Part shown: positions 12,641 to 23,686 of the stretch, piece after piece
How the letters are laid out: each line of letters opens with the position of its first letter
How positions within the stretch are numbered: the first letter of the stretch is position 1
Assembly (NCBI GenBank): GCA_050575255.1
Contig: JBNZDD010013717.1
Location: 2,818,529-2,882,528 of the forward strand
Source: Harriotta raleighana
Lineage: Eukaryota
Length of the DNA: 64,000 nucleotides
Reading direction: 5' to 3'
Notes under the pieces: generated by a model
Database searches by the model: none
Seen by the model: the letters and a program-made list of their open reading frames with translations, nothing else
What the model was told of the DNA's origin: nothing
Made by a program: the position numbers and the translations under genes

Positions 12641-13021
12641 TATGTTTCGGATTTCCAGCATCCACAGTATTTTGCGTTTTATTAATTATTTGTTACTTTG
12701 TTAATTATCATTTTATGTAAATCAGTGGAGTTAATTGATTTCCTTGCTCATATTGAGGGGTTGGGTAGTGTGAGGAGTTGGTAACTATCCAAAGTGGGTG
12801 AGTGCTTCTTTGAGAAAGCTTCAGGAGGAAGAAATACTTTCTCCCAATGACTAATCTGCCCATCTATGTCCTACCAAACAGCCAGGCTGGCTGGTCTCTC
12901 ATCAAAAGTGCTTTGGAGTACCATGAACCCACATGGCAAAGAATCTGGATAATTCAGGCCAACAACAACAACACAATTACATTTGTATAGTGACAATCAC
13001 GTTGGGAGGACATCCCAAGGC

Positions 13022-13240
13022 AACCTCATTCTGAGGGTGTGGAAGCTTTCCTTCCCCCATGTCTGATGCCAATGTGGCTTTTTGATCAGCTGACAGATGG
13101 TGCATTGAACATAGAGTTGAATGTTGTCAGCTTTTCCCTGCCTGGAGGGGTACTGATACCTCTCATGAGGTGAACAGCCAAGAGCTGATAATTCATCCAA
13201 AAAGTGTGGCTGGCAGATTGAAGTAACAGGAAGATTCAAG
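13022..13240 (-). mobile_element. Probable Gypsy/Ginger-type integrase relic (zinc-binding region)
   Basis: ORF 12997..13239 contains DNIQLYVQCTICQLIKKPH...SFHTLRM, resembling the D-I-x-x-Y-V-x-x-CxxC-Q-x-x-K zinc finger and the following PF..L.(M/I)D segment. It is cut by an L2 tail at 12960-13021. Confidence 0.5.
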
Positions 13241-16027
13241 TCTGCTTCAGGAAGCCAGCATTATGAATAGAAGACAGCTGGTGTATTTAATATGATGTTA
13301 GCTATGTACTCTTAGGAATTAATGCTGAATGGCTCTGAAAGGCAGTGTGCTCTAAATTTGATCATTTTTTGTTTCTTTATGTATGCCAACATTTTGCCAA
13401 TCAGACCCATTTGGTTGACCCATTAGTTTTAAAACAAAATCAGCATAATCGGAATGGATTATGATATCACTGCAATACAAGCAGCGACTGTTTGCAGTTT
13501 TAACTTGTTAATCTTCCAGTATTAATCCCGAACACACACTCTTGAAATTAACTTGGCTCTTGCCAATCTGCACCTATACTCTCCGGGATTAATTCAATAT
13601 AATCCATCCCTTCAGTGAGAGTGTACACTCAATACCAGACAAGCAGAAGCCATTCATACATGGAACTCACAATCGTTTGGTTTGGATATTTTTAATAATA
13701 CAGTAATAATAGTCCTTGGATTTGATATAGTGTTCCTGGATGCTACCCCCTGTGTACGGTGCTATATAAATGAAGTTGTTGTTGTAGATAGTGCTTTATC
13801 ATGTCATAGAGATGTCTCAAAGCCACTCACAGAACATACTGTAAAGTAAATACAGTATACTGATTATTTTGTGGCCAATACACACACAGCAGTGTCCTAC
13901 AAACAGTTGTGGATTCAATTAACCATTTTTTCCTAAACATGATGCATTTCTGTATGTGTCAGTCAACCGTTGAGGATATTTGAAAGAGAGATAAACAGAT
14001 TGGATAGTAGAGGCTTAAAGAGGTATGGGAAAAGAGTGGGGCATTGGGATTAAAACATCCGTCAAACTCTAATAAACTGGTGGATCAAACTCAATGGGTT
14101 GAATGGCCTCCTCCAATTCCTAGTTGGTACAAAACCAAATCCCACAGTGTCTGCCACAGCATCAAGAATAAGTATTTCTAAATAAATGTCATCCTTGAGA
14201 GTTTGGTAGGGAGGAGATCTATTTCCCAGTGTATATTTACACCCCTATGTTTTAACAAAACAATCATATTTCTTGTAGTCTGTGATGATATTGAGTGTGC
14301 CGGTAGCTGCAGCACAGGTTGTTAAAACAAAGCTATTTATCACAGATGGTTGTGTTTTTCTTTTATCATTTTGTGGATGTGAAAATTTAGTGGTTTTCAT
14401 ATTGCAGTGGTTTCACCAGACGTTACACAACCAAACTCTCTGAGAAAACCAAACATATTTTATCAACAAAGTGTCAGTCATATCTCCAATTACTATCTCA
14501 GCCCCGTAAGAGACCATTCCTCTCTATCCTGCAGTTATTATTTCAGTAATTCAAAGTCCAGTTCCAGATTACATGGTTGCTTTTAAATAAAAGCTTTTGT
14601 AGGAATGATGAAATCCACTATTTTACGTGATATTTTGCCCGAGAAAAGGTCATAATAATCATGGCATGATTTTGAGCTGAAGTCGTACTTTTATATTTCT
14701 GAGCTCAAATACAAAATAAAAGTTATTCATGCCATATATAGTAGTCGTATGAAACATATTTCCAAGGACCAGGAGTGCATACCACCCATTGTTTGTTCCA
14801 ATATGTAATGAAACAGAAACATTTAACTATAGCAGCTTCTGATTGCCTTTTAACAAGGAGAAGCAGAGACCCGCTGAGTGCCAGCAGCCTCCTTTGGTCA
14901 CAGTTATAAGCAGAAAATGAGATCTGTGGTCCACGCAAAATTCTGATGGGTTGATCTGAAATATAACCTGGCACTTTCACGACTTGCTGTTCGAAACTCT
15001 TGCACTCTGCACCTCTCTTCTGATTTACTGTCCCTCTCATTGTTTGTTACCAGTGTTGCTTTGCTCACCCAACTCCCAGCCGTTGATTGTGTGTCTACCA
15101 CAGGGTCCAGACTCAAAGCATCAATGGTGCCAACCTCACATACTCTTTCCAACATCACATGATGGATCTTTGCTCACCAGGATTAACCATTGTGATCCTT
15201 CCTTTCAAGAGCATTTTTAGGCAGAATTCTTCACCTTGTATAAGAATAAGAATAATCCTTTTGATTGGCACATTGTTACAATGTCTAAAAACACCAGACA
15301 AAAATACTGTTAAGTGAATTGAATGTATTTTGTAGGCAAAACCTCTATTCATCTTTTGTGGGTGTGCATTTTGATAGGTTTTTAAACTCATTCGCCTCTG
15401 CAATCACCGAATCCACTTCCTTCACATTTTACTCAGCCTTTTGTGATTTTCTACTATATATCTGTGATGGTATATCTGAAGTACCTCCTATTCTCTGTTT
15501 GTTCTAATTAAGCATGTGGCACCTTTTGACTGTTATGTATCATTAACTATTATCTTGTCATTTTGGAAAGAGACATAATTAATAAAGTACACCCTTCATC
15601 GTACCTTACTTCCTCCTGCTTAATCCATGCAACAGTGCGACAATTGTGTTATATGAAAATGCTTCATGGTTGCACATTTAAAAATAAAATGGCTCAAGAT
15701 CATTATGTTTTGGGAAATATTTTAGACCATGGCTAAATCTAGAATCCTTTCAATTTATAACATCTTTATGTATTCTTTTTTCTCACTGATATTTAATCTG
15801 CTTTTTGAACGATTTGCAGAATCCTCTGTTAGCACTGTCACGAGGGAATTTGTGAATACTGGTGGAATATTAGAGTTACTTTTGTAAAATATATATCGAG
15901 AGTTTAGATGCTTTGCCCACCTCAAATTGATTATGGTATTATCCCAAATTTACAACAGTACTGGATGGAAAAACTATCATTTTACGCTTTACAATACATG
16001 ATAATTTTTGTTTCCTTGAAAATGACA

Positions 16028-16335
16028 TACAATACAAAATCACATTGGGGAGGATGTCCCAAGGCACTGTACAGACAGGGATCTGGACCTAAGCACGACC
16101 TGGGTGGAATGAGGGAGGTCGGAGGGCAGGGAGGATAGCTGAATGTGCAGTCAAAGAGGAGAGTCTTTAGACATGCCTTGAAGGAGGCAAGGGAGAGAGG
16201 CGAAGGAAATTTGGGATGGAGTTCCAAAGAGTGGAGGAAGAGAGGCTGAAGGACAAACCACCGAGGTAGGCCAGGCCAGCCAGGGGACATAGAGCAGACA
16301 GTAGTTTGCCGATCAGAGGGAATGCACAGGTTGAT
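16028..16335 (-). mobile_element. L2 LINE 3' fragment
   Basis: ORF 15982..16368 contains SLASFKACLKTLLFD; tail ggaggatgtcccaaggcactg. Confidence 0.85.
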
Positions 16336-18544
16336 AGTATTGTACTGCATTTTTAATTCCTTTAGCATCTAAACCTTGGAGCACATCCCTGTTTTATGTT
16401 TAAATGATATCCCTCCTTCTTTATATCCAATGAAAATAATGCAATACAATCAAGATTCTCTATAATGGGTTNTGGAGCACATCCCTGTTTTATGTTTAAA
16501 TGATATCCCTCCTTCTTTATATCCAATGAAAATAATGCAATACAATCAAGATTCTCTATGATTAAGCGAAAAAGAAAACATCAAGTTATAATTGCGCTAA
16601 TACCCTTTAGGATAAACAGAGAATGGGTAAAATACAAGGTTTAGTGTATGTGTGTGTGTAGAGACTGTGTGTGATATCCTACAGGATGGTGGTGGGAAGG
16701 TAAATGGGTTCTCCTTGGAGCTGAACTGCTTCCAAGGCATCATGTTTGGCAACAGAATGTTGGATTCGAGCCAACCTTATATGGTGGTCTGGTTAGTACA
16801 GTTCCTGATCTTGGCAGGTTCCTGANTGGAGCTGAACTGCTTCCAAGGCATCATGTTTGGCAACAGAATGTTGGATTCGAGCCAACCTTATATGGTGGTC
16901 TGGTTAGTACAGTTCCTGATCTTGGCAGGTACGCAGTACNCCAGGGCACTGCTGATGACAACACATTCAGTCTGGCTTCGCAGGACCTGGAAGGGCATAA
17001 ATAAATCTCACTTCTATAAAAACAGAAGCGTGGGTAGTGGATTGTTTAATTCATGCTGTTTAATTATTTCTAATCTTAAAAAATTATTAGTGTTTCTGCA
17101 TTACATAGGTTGACACTTCAATGTAGTTTTGAGGGAGTGCTGTATTGTTGAGTTTCCTGGTACCACAACTAGCAATTCTTCAGATAAGCCATTAATTTCA
17201 CAGCAGTTCATGGACATTGCTGTTCAAAAATTACATCATCGTTATACTGTATAGCAAACTCCTGTGAAGTGCTTTTGAGTCATTTTGATGATTCAATAAG
17301 GCACTATATCAAATCCAAAGAATATTATTAAATATTAACTTTATATTTCATACAAGGAGTCCATTAAATTTGGGGAAGAATTTTGGTATTGTGGGATAGG
17401 ATATTAATTCAATGAGCAAATCCACTGAATAACACACAAGTGATGTATTGTGTATTTTGTTGTGAAGTCAGTTACTGTAATAATATTGTATGCAGCAATC
17501 ACACTACATAGCTTGTATTAATGTAACATAGTACACAGATAGACAGTTATACTAAGTCACTTCAAATATTGAATTTTGAAAAAATATTGTACCGTATTAA
17601 AATATGTGGCTTTTGGGACAAGGTTTCCGTCTCTTTGGCAAGCTTTCCTGCTACTTATCCAGTTAGGGCTTTGGCTTGTAGGGTGAGCAAGAACTGAGTG
17701 GCAAGATGCCCTGCACTATACAAATGTAATTTTGTTGTTGTGGGTTTTCTTTCTCCATCCATTTAACATTCAACTTCAATAACGCGAAGGTTTCCTCTGA
17801 GGTGCCTCATCCCTGCGATGTTATTGCTGAAAAGGCCTATTTTATCTAATGAAAAAACAAATAAGATGAAATATACTTCAGCAATAATGAAAACAGAAAG
17901 AAAGCCTAGGATCGACATGTATCGAAAGAGTAATAAAAGCTAACAGCAGCCAGAACAAGACAGGACATGATGGCATGGGGAAACAAATCACTGAAGCCAT
18001 GCAACCATGCCATTAATTAACAATATTGTACAAGTAAAATAGTAAAAAGCATTGCTAACCCTTTGCTTGTCAAAGCAATTTTTCTTTGTGCTTCCTAACA
18101 TTAACTCAATGCAATTATTATGGCAGTTCAAAGATGAAGTGGATTAGTTGGTGCAGTAAGAGCTTGTGTACCCTCATAGCACTCGGTTCTTTTTACTCAG
18201 TCAGATGAAAGACAAATCATGTAACTTCTTTGTGACAGGATAACACGACTAGAGCATGGTTCACCAATGAATAATGTTTAAAAGGTTTTGTTAGCATCCT
18301 GATTTAATTATGCTGATTTGTTTCAATATTCTCTAAAATAAGATTCACTTGCTGGAGGTTTCAGAAGAGGAAAATATTTGCCGCATTGCTGCTGTGTGTG
18401 TACATCAGGGGAGTGACCATCCTTCCTTTCGTGTATTAAAAAAAAGACTGAACTGAGTGGAAGACAGGGACACATCTGTAGTGAGGCAAGCATCCATTAA
18501 TCCAATGATCCATTCTTAAGCAAATGGAGTTGAAGTGTACAGGA

Positions 18545-18840
18545 AATGAATTGTCACCTGAACCTATCTTAGTTTTACACTATGTTTAGGCGATCTCGCC
18601 TGCTAATCAAAGGCAGATGTTCATCTGGTGACTTTGTTTAGCCGAAGTCCTAGCTACCTGTTCAGGCGGGTGTAAAATATTCTACGATACTACGCCTGTA
18701 TTTGAAAGAAGAAGATAATTTCTCTTTGGTTTCCTGGACAACGGTTCTCCAGGTAAACACAGTCACTCACCTTGTTGCAGTTTGTGCGATGTTGCTTTGC
18801 ACAGACTAGCATATCACATCTCTTATGAAATGTGACAAAT
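18545..18840 (+). mobile_element. Old Deu-domain SINE relic (SacSINE1/AmnSINE1-like)
   Basis: ctacctgttcaggcgggtgtaaaatattct ... tatttgaaagaag ... tttcctggacaac ... gcagtttgtgcgatgttgctttgcaca follows the Deu-core order also seen at 40740-40890. Confidence 0.6.
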
Positions 18841-18874
18841 TTCATCGCAGTATCACTGGGGCAGACCAGTCAAG

Positions 18875-19370
18875 TCGGGAGGACGTCCAACAATCATTTC
18901 AGATAGAGCAAGACAACACTAAAACAGGATCAGATCAGATCCTGGGGCAGGACGGGTGGCATAAATGTACGTCAAAAAGGTAGGTTTTAATGTGGAATCT
19001 AAGGATACATAGAGGTGGGGGGAGATCGCATGGTAGAGATAGCTTGTGAAGTTAGGAGCATATTAGCTGAAGGCTCAGTTTCTGATGGTGGTGTGAGGAG
19101 GGCAGGGGATGTACAGCGAACTCAAGCAAAGGGCAGGAGTAGGGTTGGGGAACACAGACAAGGAGGTGCTAAGTGAGAGGTTTATAGGTGAGAGCAGAGA
19201 CCTTAAAGTCAATCCAGGGAGAGACAGAGACAGTAAAGTTTGACGAGCATTGATGGATGTACTGTATAATGTTTCATATGGATGGGGAGTGGGTGGATGA
19301 GTTTTAGATTTGCAGAATCTTATGTATGATAGAGCTAGAGAGAACAGTGAGGTGTGCAGTGAAATTTAAG
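18875..19370 (-). mobile_element. Old L2 LINE 3' fragment
   Basis: gtcgggaggacgtcc tail, aaaaggtaggttttaa, gagcagagaccttaaagtcaatcc (reverse: IDFKVS). Confidence 0.65.
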
Positions 19371-19479
19371 AAATAGCTTGGTGGGTGGGGGGGAGAGTAT
19401 GATGAGATAAAATTAGCCCAAATGATTTTTTCCTCCAAGTGTGTTTAGGATACACTAGTTGTTCCTCTACTAATCTGTG

Positions 19480-19703
19480 TTTCAAATTCAGGCAGGTCAG
19501 AGTGAGACCTTGGGGAAGTTTCCTTACTCCACATGCCTAATAATAATCTATCCAAAATAAATCTATAATAAATTGGTCATTTCAATGCACGACTCTTTTT
19601 TGGACAGTCAATTCACCTTACAGCATATTCTGTGAAGCGCTTTGAGATTTCTAGAAGACGTGAAAAACGCTATATCAAATGCAAAGATTATTATTATTAT
19701 TAT
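19480..19703 (+). mobile_element. tRNA-derived SINE with internal deletion
   Basis: ccttggggaagtttccttactccacatgcctaataata ... aagcgctttgaga ... gctatatcaaatgcaaagattattattatt. Confidence 0.85.
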
Positions 19704-21720
19704 AACATAGTCAAGACTTTGTCTAATTTGTAGCAGGACAGGAAAGGTATATTTTATAATTCACACCATGTGCCCCATTTCTTCAAAACAAAATCTTTTA
19801 AAATTGCTTTATCATCGTCTTTAGAGATTTTTTTTTCAGATTTAGACACTTAAAAAAAAAAATCACGGACAAAGAGGCTCATATCTTCAAAATGAGGACA
19901 ACAGAAGAGAATAAGAAATGTTGAATTTTTTTTAATAATAAGATAAAAGACATACGGGGGAAAAAAAAACTACCAGCAGATGGTGGAGCAAGTGACTAAA
20001 AGCTTTTCAAGAAAGAACTAATCAAGTCCTGTCAACTAAAATATTCTGAGTTAAAAAAGAGAAATGTAGATTTACTGGAGTTGAGGTACAGATCAGCAAT
20101 GATCTAGTGGAAAGGCAGAACAGTGAATTGACTGTATATTTGTGGGAGAAACGCGGCAGCCAATTGCGCACAGCAGTGTCCCACAAACATTCGTGGTTTG
20201 AAACGACCAATTTTTATTATTGTTTTTGTGGGGATAAAATATGATTATTATTGGGCATGTGGAGTAAGGAAACTTAACCATTGAGCTACAGGAGTAATTA
20301 ATAATTGTGAAAAAATGCTAGAAATAGTGGCTAAGGCCAGGGCACTGAATATTTATAAATGACTTGATCGTGTTGTTGAAGGGCCTTCTTCACCCAAATT
20401 AATCTTGTGATCACTCACAGATAGAAATAAGTTGATTCCTAGTGCTTTGGAGAGCAATCTTCCAGATCAATTGATCATTTGATTAATGGCTCTTTGTGGA
20501 AGCTACTGGCAAAAAAATACTATCATGTTTACCTACAAAATACAATACTTGGCATTTATTACATATGGTGCAGTTTGAGTCACTATGACAGGATAAGGTG
20601 GTGTAAAAATGTAGGGCCTCATTTTCTTGTCTGATATTATTATAATGCTACTGTAATATCTCCAAGTACATCACTCTCTTACCCTCTCACTAAATCTGTA
20701 CTGGTAAAATCAACCCAAGAAGATGAGTACAAAGCGGGTACAAAGTGCTGATGCTTTCCTCTTGTGCTGCTCCTGATGTTATCCAAACCCGCAAAGCACT
20801 TCACACAGCTTGACAATCTCTCCTGGGTATATATTGTTCCATATAATGACAATCTTATTGACACCTTGTTACTCCAGCCCTTTAGTCTTGTCTGTGCTGG
20901 ACTGTGTTCTGCTGAAAGCCATCCCCAGAGATAAATTGCTAAATTCTTCAAAACCAACTGAGAAAACCTAATGAACAGATGAGATAACAGAAGAGAAAAG
21001 GACTCGAGGCAATGTATTTTGTAGAATGCTAAATGATTTAATAATTTTCTGTGCAACATTTGACATGCAGCTTACATCATTTTTCATCCCGATTTGAGAG
21101 ACAATAGAGTGATTTGTGAGAAATGGGGTTTTGGCGAAAATATCAATTTGAGATCTGGCAAGGGAGAGAAGAAAACAGGAGCACTGTAATAAATCCCTTC
21201 TGTTTTCCAAAATAAAATTGATGACCTCACTGCGATCTGACCTACAACAGTTATCAGCGAATCAGCCTATAAAATTTGTGAGGCACTGCACACTGATGGG
21301 GGAGATGATGAATGAGAAAATTGTGCTGGTTTTTAAAGTTCCAAGCTGCTCAGCCTTTGTGCAGTATAAGTTTGGAGCAGTTATTAAAACCGATTATATA
21401 AGTAAAGCTCCGATTTATCAGGGCTTCACAGAACAAAACGCAAAGGTTTTACCAATAAACTACAAGTGATTTTTTTTTTAAGAAAGGCAATCGGATTATT
21501 GTAGATCTGCTGTAACAAATGGAAATGGCTTGCTGTTATAACTGCTTATGAATATTACTGAAATCTCTATGCTTCGTTTTAAAATAAACCCATCTAGTTT
21601 ATAACCATAATCCATTGAATTAACAAACTACTTAATTTTTATATTCTTGTTGGATTCAGTAGAAATGTTGATATGATTATTCCAACCTTCTGGATTTATC
21701 CATTTTTCCCAGTGTTTATT

Positions 21721-22085
21721 ACAACAACAACAACAACAATACATTACAATACCTTGTGTCTTTCACATCATAAGGATCTCAAAAGGCGCTGGACATTTAA
21801 GAGTTTGTACCCGAGATGGAGTTTTGTCTCAGGAGGAGTAGAGGGCAAGTGGGGGTGGAGGTGGGAAGATGACCAAAAGCACGGTCAAACTGGAAGTTTT
21901 GAGACAGGCCTTGAATGAGGCTAGGAAAGGGGCGAGGTGGAGGGATTATGGAATGTACTTCTAGTGGGAAGGAGTGGAAAAGCTGAAGGCCCATCCGCAA
22001 ATGTTGAGACGGACTGACTGGGTGGAGGACATAGAGCAGGCCACTCCATTGAGTGGAGATAGCGGATAGGTTGGTATGGTGTAGA
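21721..22085 (-). mobile_element. L2 LINE 3' fragment
   Basis: (CAA)n tail, aaagcacggtcaaac, ttgagacaggccttgaa. Confidence 0.75.
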
Positions 22086-22569
22086 GTTGTACTTTTTATA
22101 TAAATTTGGTACTCATTTTGTGCACGGGAAATTACACAAACAACAAAAACAAAAAAATGCATTCATTTTGCAACTTTCATGTTGTCACAGACATCCAAAA
22201 CAGCCATGGAATAAATGACCAATGGATTTGGAGGATTGCTGGCCTTGGGGAACATATTTTTTCTTTTTGAATGATGTCATGGGATCTTTAACACTCACCG
22301 GAAGAACAGGCAGATAAGATCTCATCCAAGTGACTACACTTCTGACAATGAATTTTTTTTTCTTACAGTACTGCCCTAAGGTCAGCTTAGTCTAGCAGGT
22401 GGGTGCTTGAACCCACAGGTGTCTAGCTCAGCAGCAAATATCCATTTGGTATATATTCCTGTTGAAATTTATGTTGAACTAACAGCTGATCCTGCCATGT
22501 TCAGTCAATATGTATAAATATTGGCCAAGTATCTGTACTAAGCTCCAAAACTAGTTCCTTGAAGTACAG

Positions 22570-22832
22570 CCACTCTGCTCCCACACTCTGGAACTCCATC
22601 CCACAGTCCCTTCACCTCACTTCCTCCCTTGCCTCCATCTACGTCAGAGTCACGACTCTCCTCTTCAATCGTGCCTCCTGCCACTCCGCTACTCTCTCCC
22701 TCCCATCATAACTTTCTCCCTCCCCCCTAACCTGCCCCTCCCCGTTGCTCAGGTCCCGACCTGACTATTCAGTGCCCTGTGACGTCCTTCCAATGTAAAA
22801 GGCACTCTATAAATGTAATTTTGTTGTTGTTG
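22570..22832 (+). mobile_element. L2 LINE 3' end
   Basis: ctctggaactccatccc (LWNSIP), tail ggcactctataaatgtaattttgttgttgttg. Confidence 0.85.
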
Positions 22833-23344
22833 TGATCATATCACTAGAACTGAGAAATGCAGTTGGACATTAATGCATATGATAGTGTTCTGAGAATAGA
22901 CTACCTAGGTTATTATGGCATCATTAGGTCTGTGTATAAAGCAGAGTTGCAAAAGCATTCTTAGATTCATAGCAATATTGCAATTCGTAATCCAATTTAT
23001 TATAAACAGGAACTAAACCATGACTGATAGGCACTGGATACTCCATATGAAAATCTGATGGAAAGAATAGCTTTATACAATGTGTCAGGAGTAATACCAT
23101 TTAACTTTCCAATTCTGCGGCATAAATTGAACAAATCTGTAGGAATGCATTGTGCTATCAGAAGTGTTTATCCTACATCAAACAGTAGGATGTTCATCTT
23201 GAATCAGAAAGCTTCTACAAAGATTTCATGTAATAGACAAGAGCCTTTTTTTTATTGTTTCTTTTCTTTTCCCATAAATGCTGAGTTACTGTTACATGGG
23301 CGACCACAAATAAAACATCAAATTTACATTTAAATAGTGCCTTT

Positions 23345-23648
23345 CATAATAATCCTTAACCTTCATAATATACTGTGAAGTGAATTGTTTTTATATTTTG
23401 TTGGCGAAACATGGCAGCACAGCAGTGTCCCACAAACTGTTGTGGATTGAGTCAACAGATTTTTTTTTTTTTTTGCAGAGGTTATTACCCCAATCTGCCA
23501 ATCAATTGACAAACAGGTTCCTACTTACTGCTAGGTAAACAGAGGCGTGTGAAGTAAGGAAACTTGCTCAACATTTCGCCCTGCCCATGAATCCAACCCA
23601 GGCCCTCTCGCTTGCAAGATGAGTGCTCTAACCACCAAGCTACAGGAC
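23345..23648 (-). mobile_element. tRNA-derived SINE
   Basis: Head gagtgctctaaccaccaagctacaggac, body ggttcctacttactgctaggtaaacagagg, core gcacagcagtgtcccacaaac. Confidence 0.85.
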
Positions 23649-23686
23649 TTAATGAGGCAAAATATCCCAAGACAATACTTTGCATA

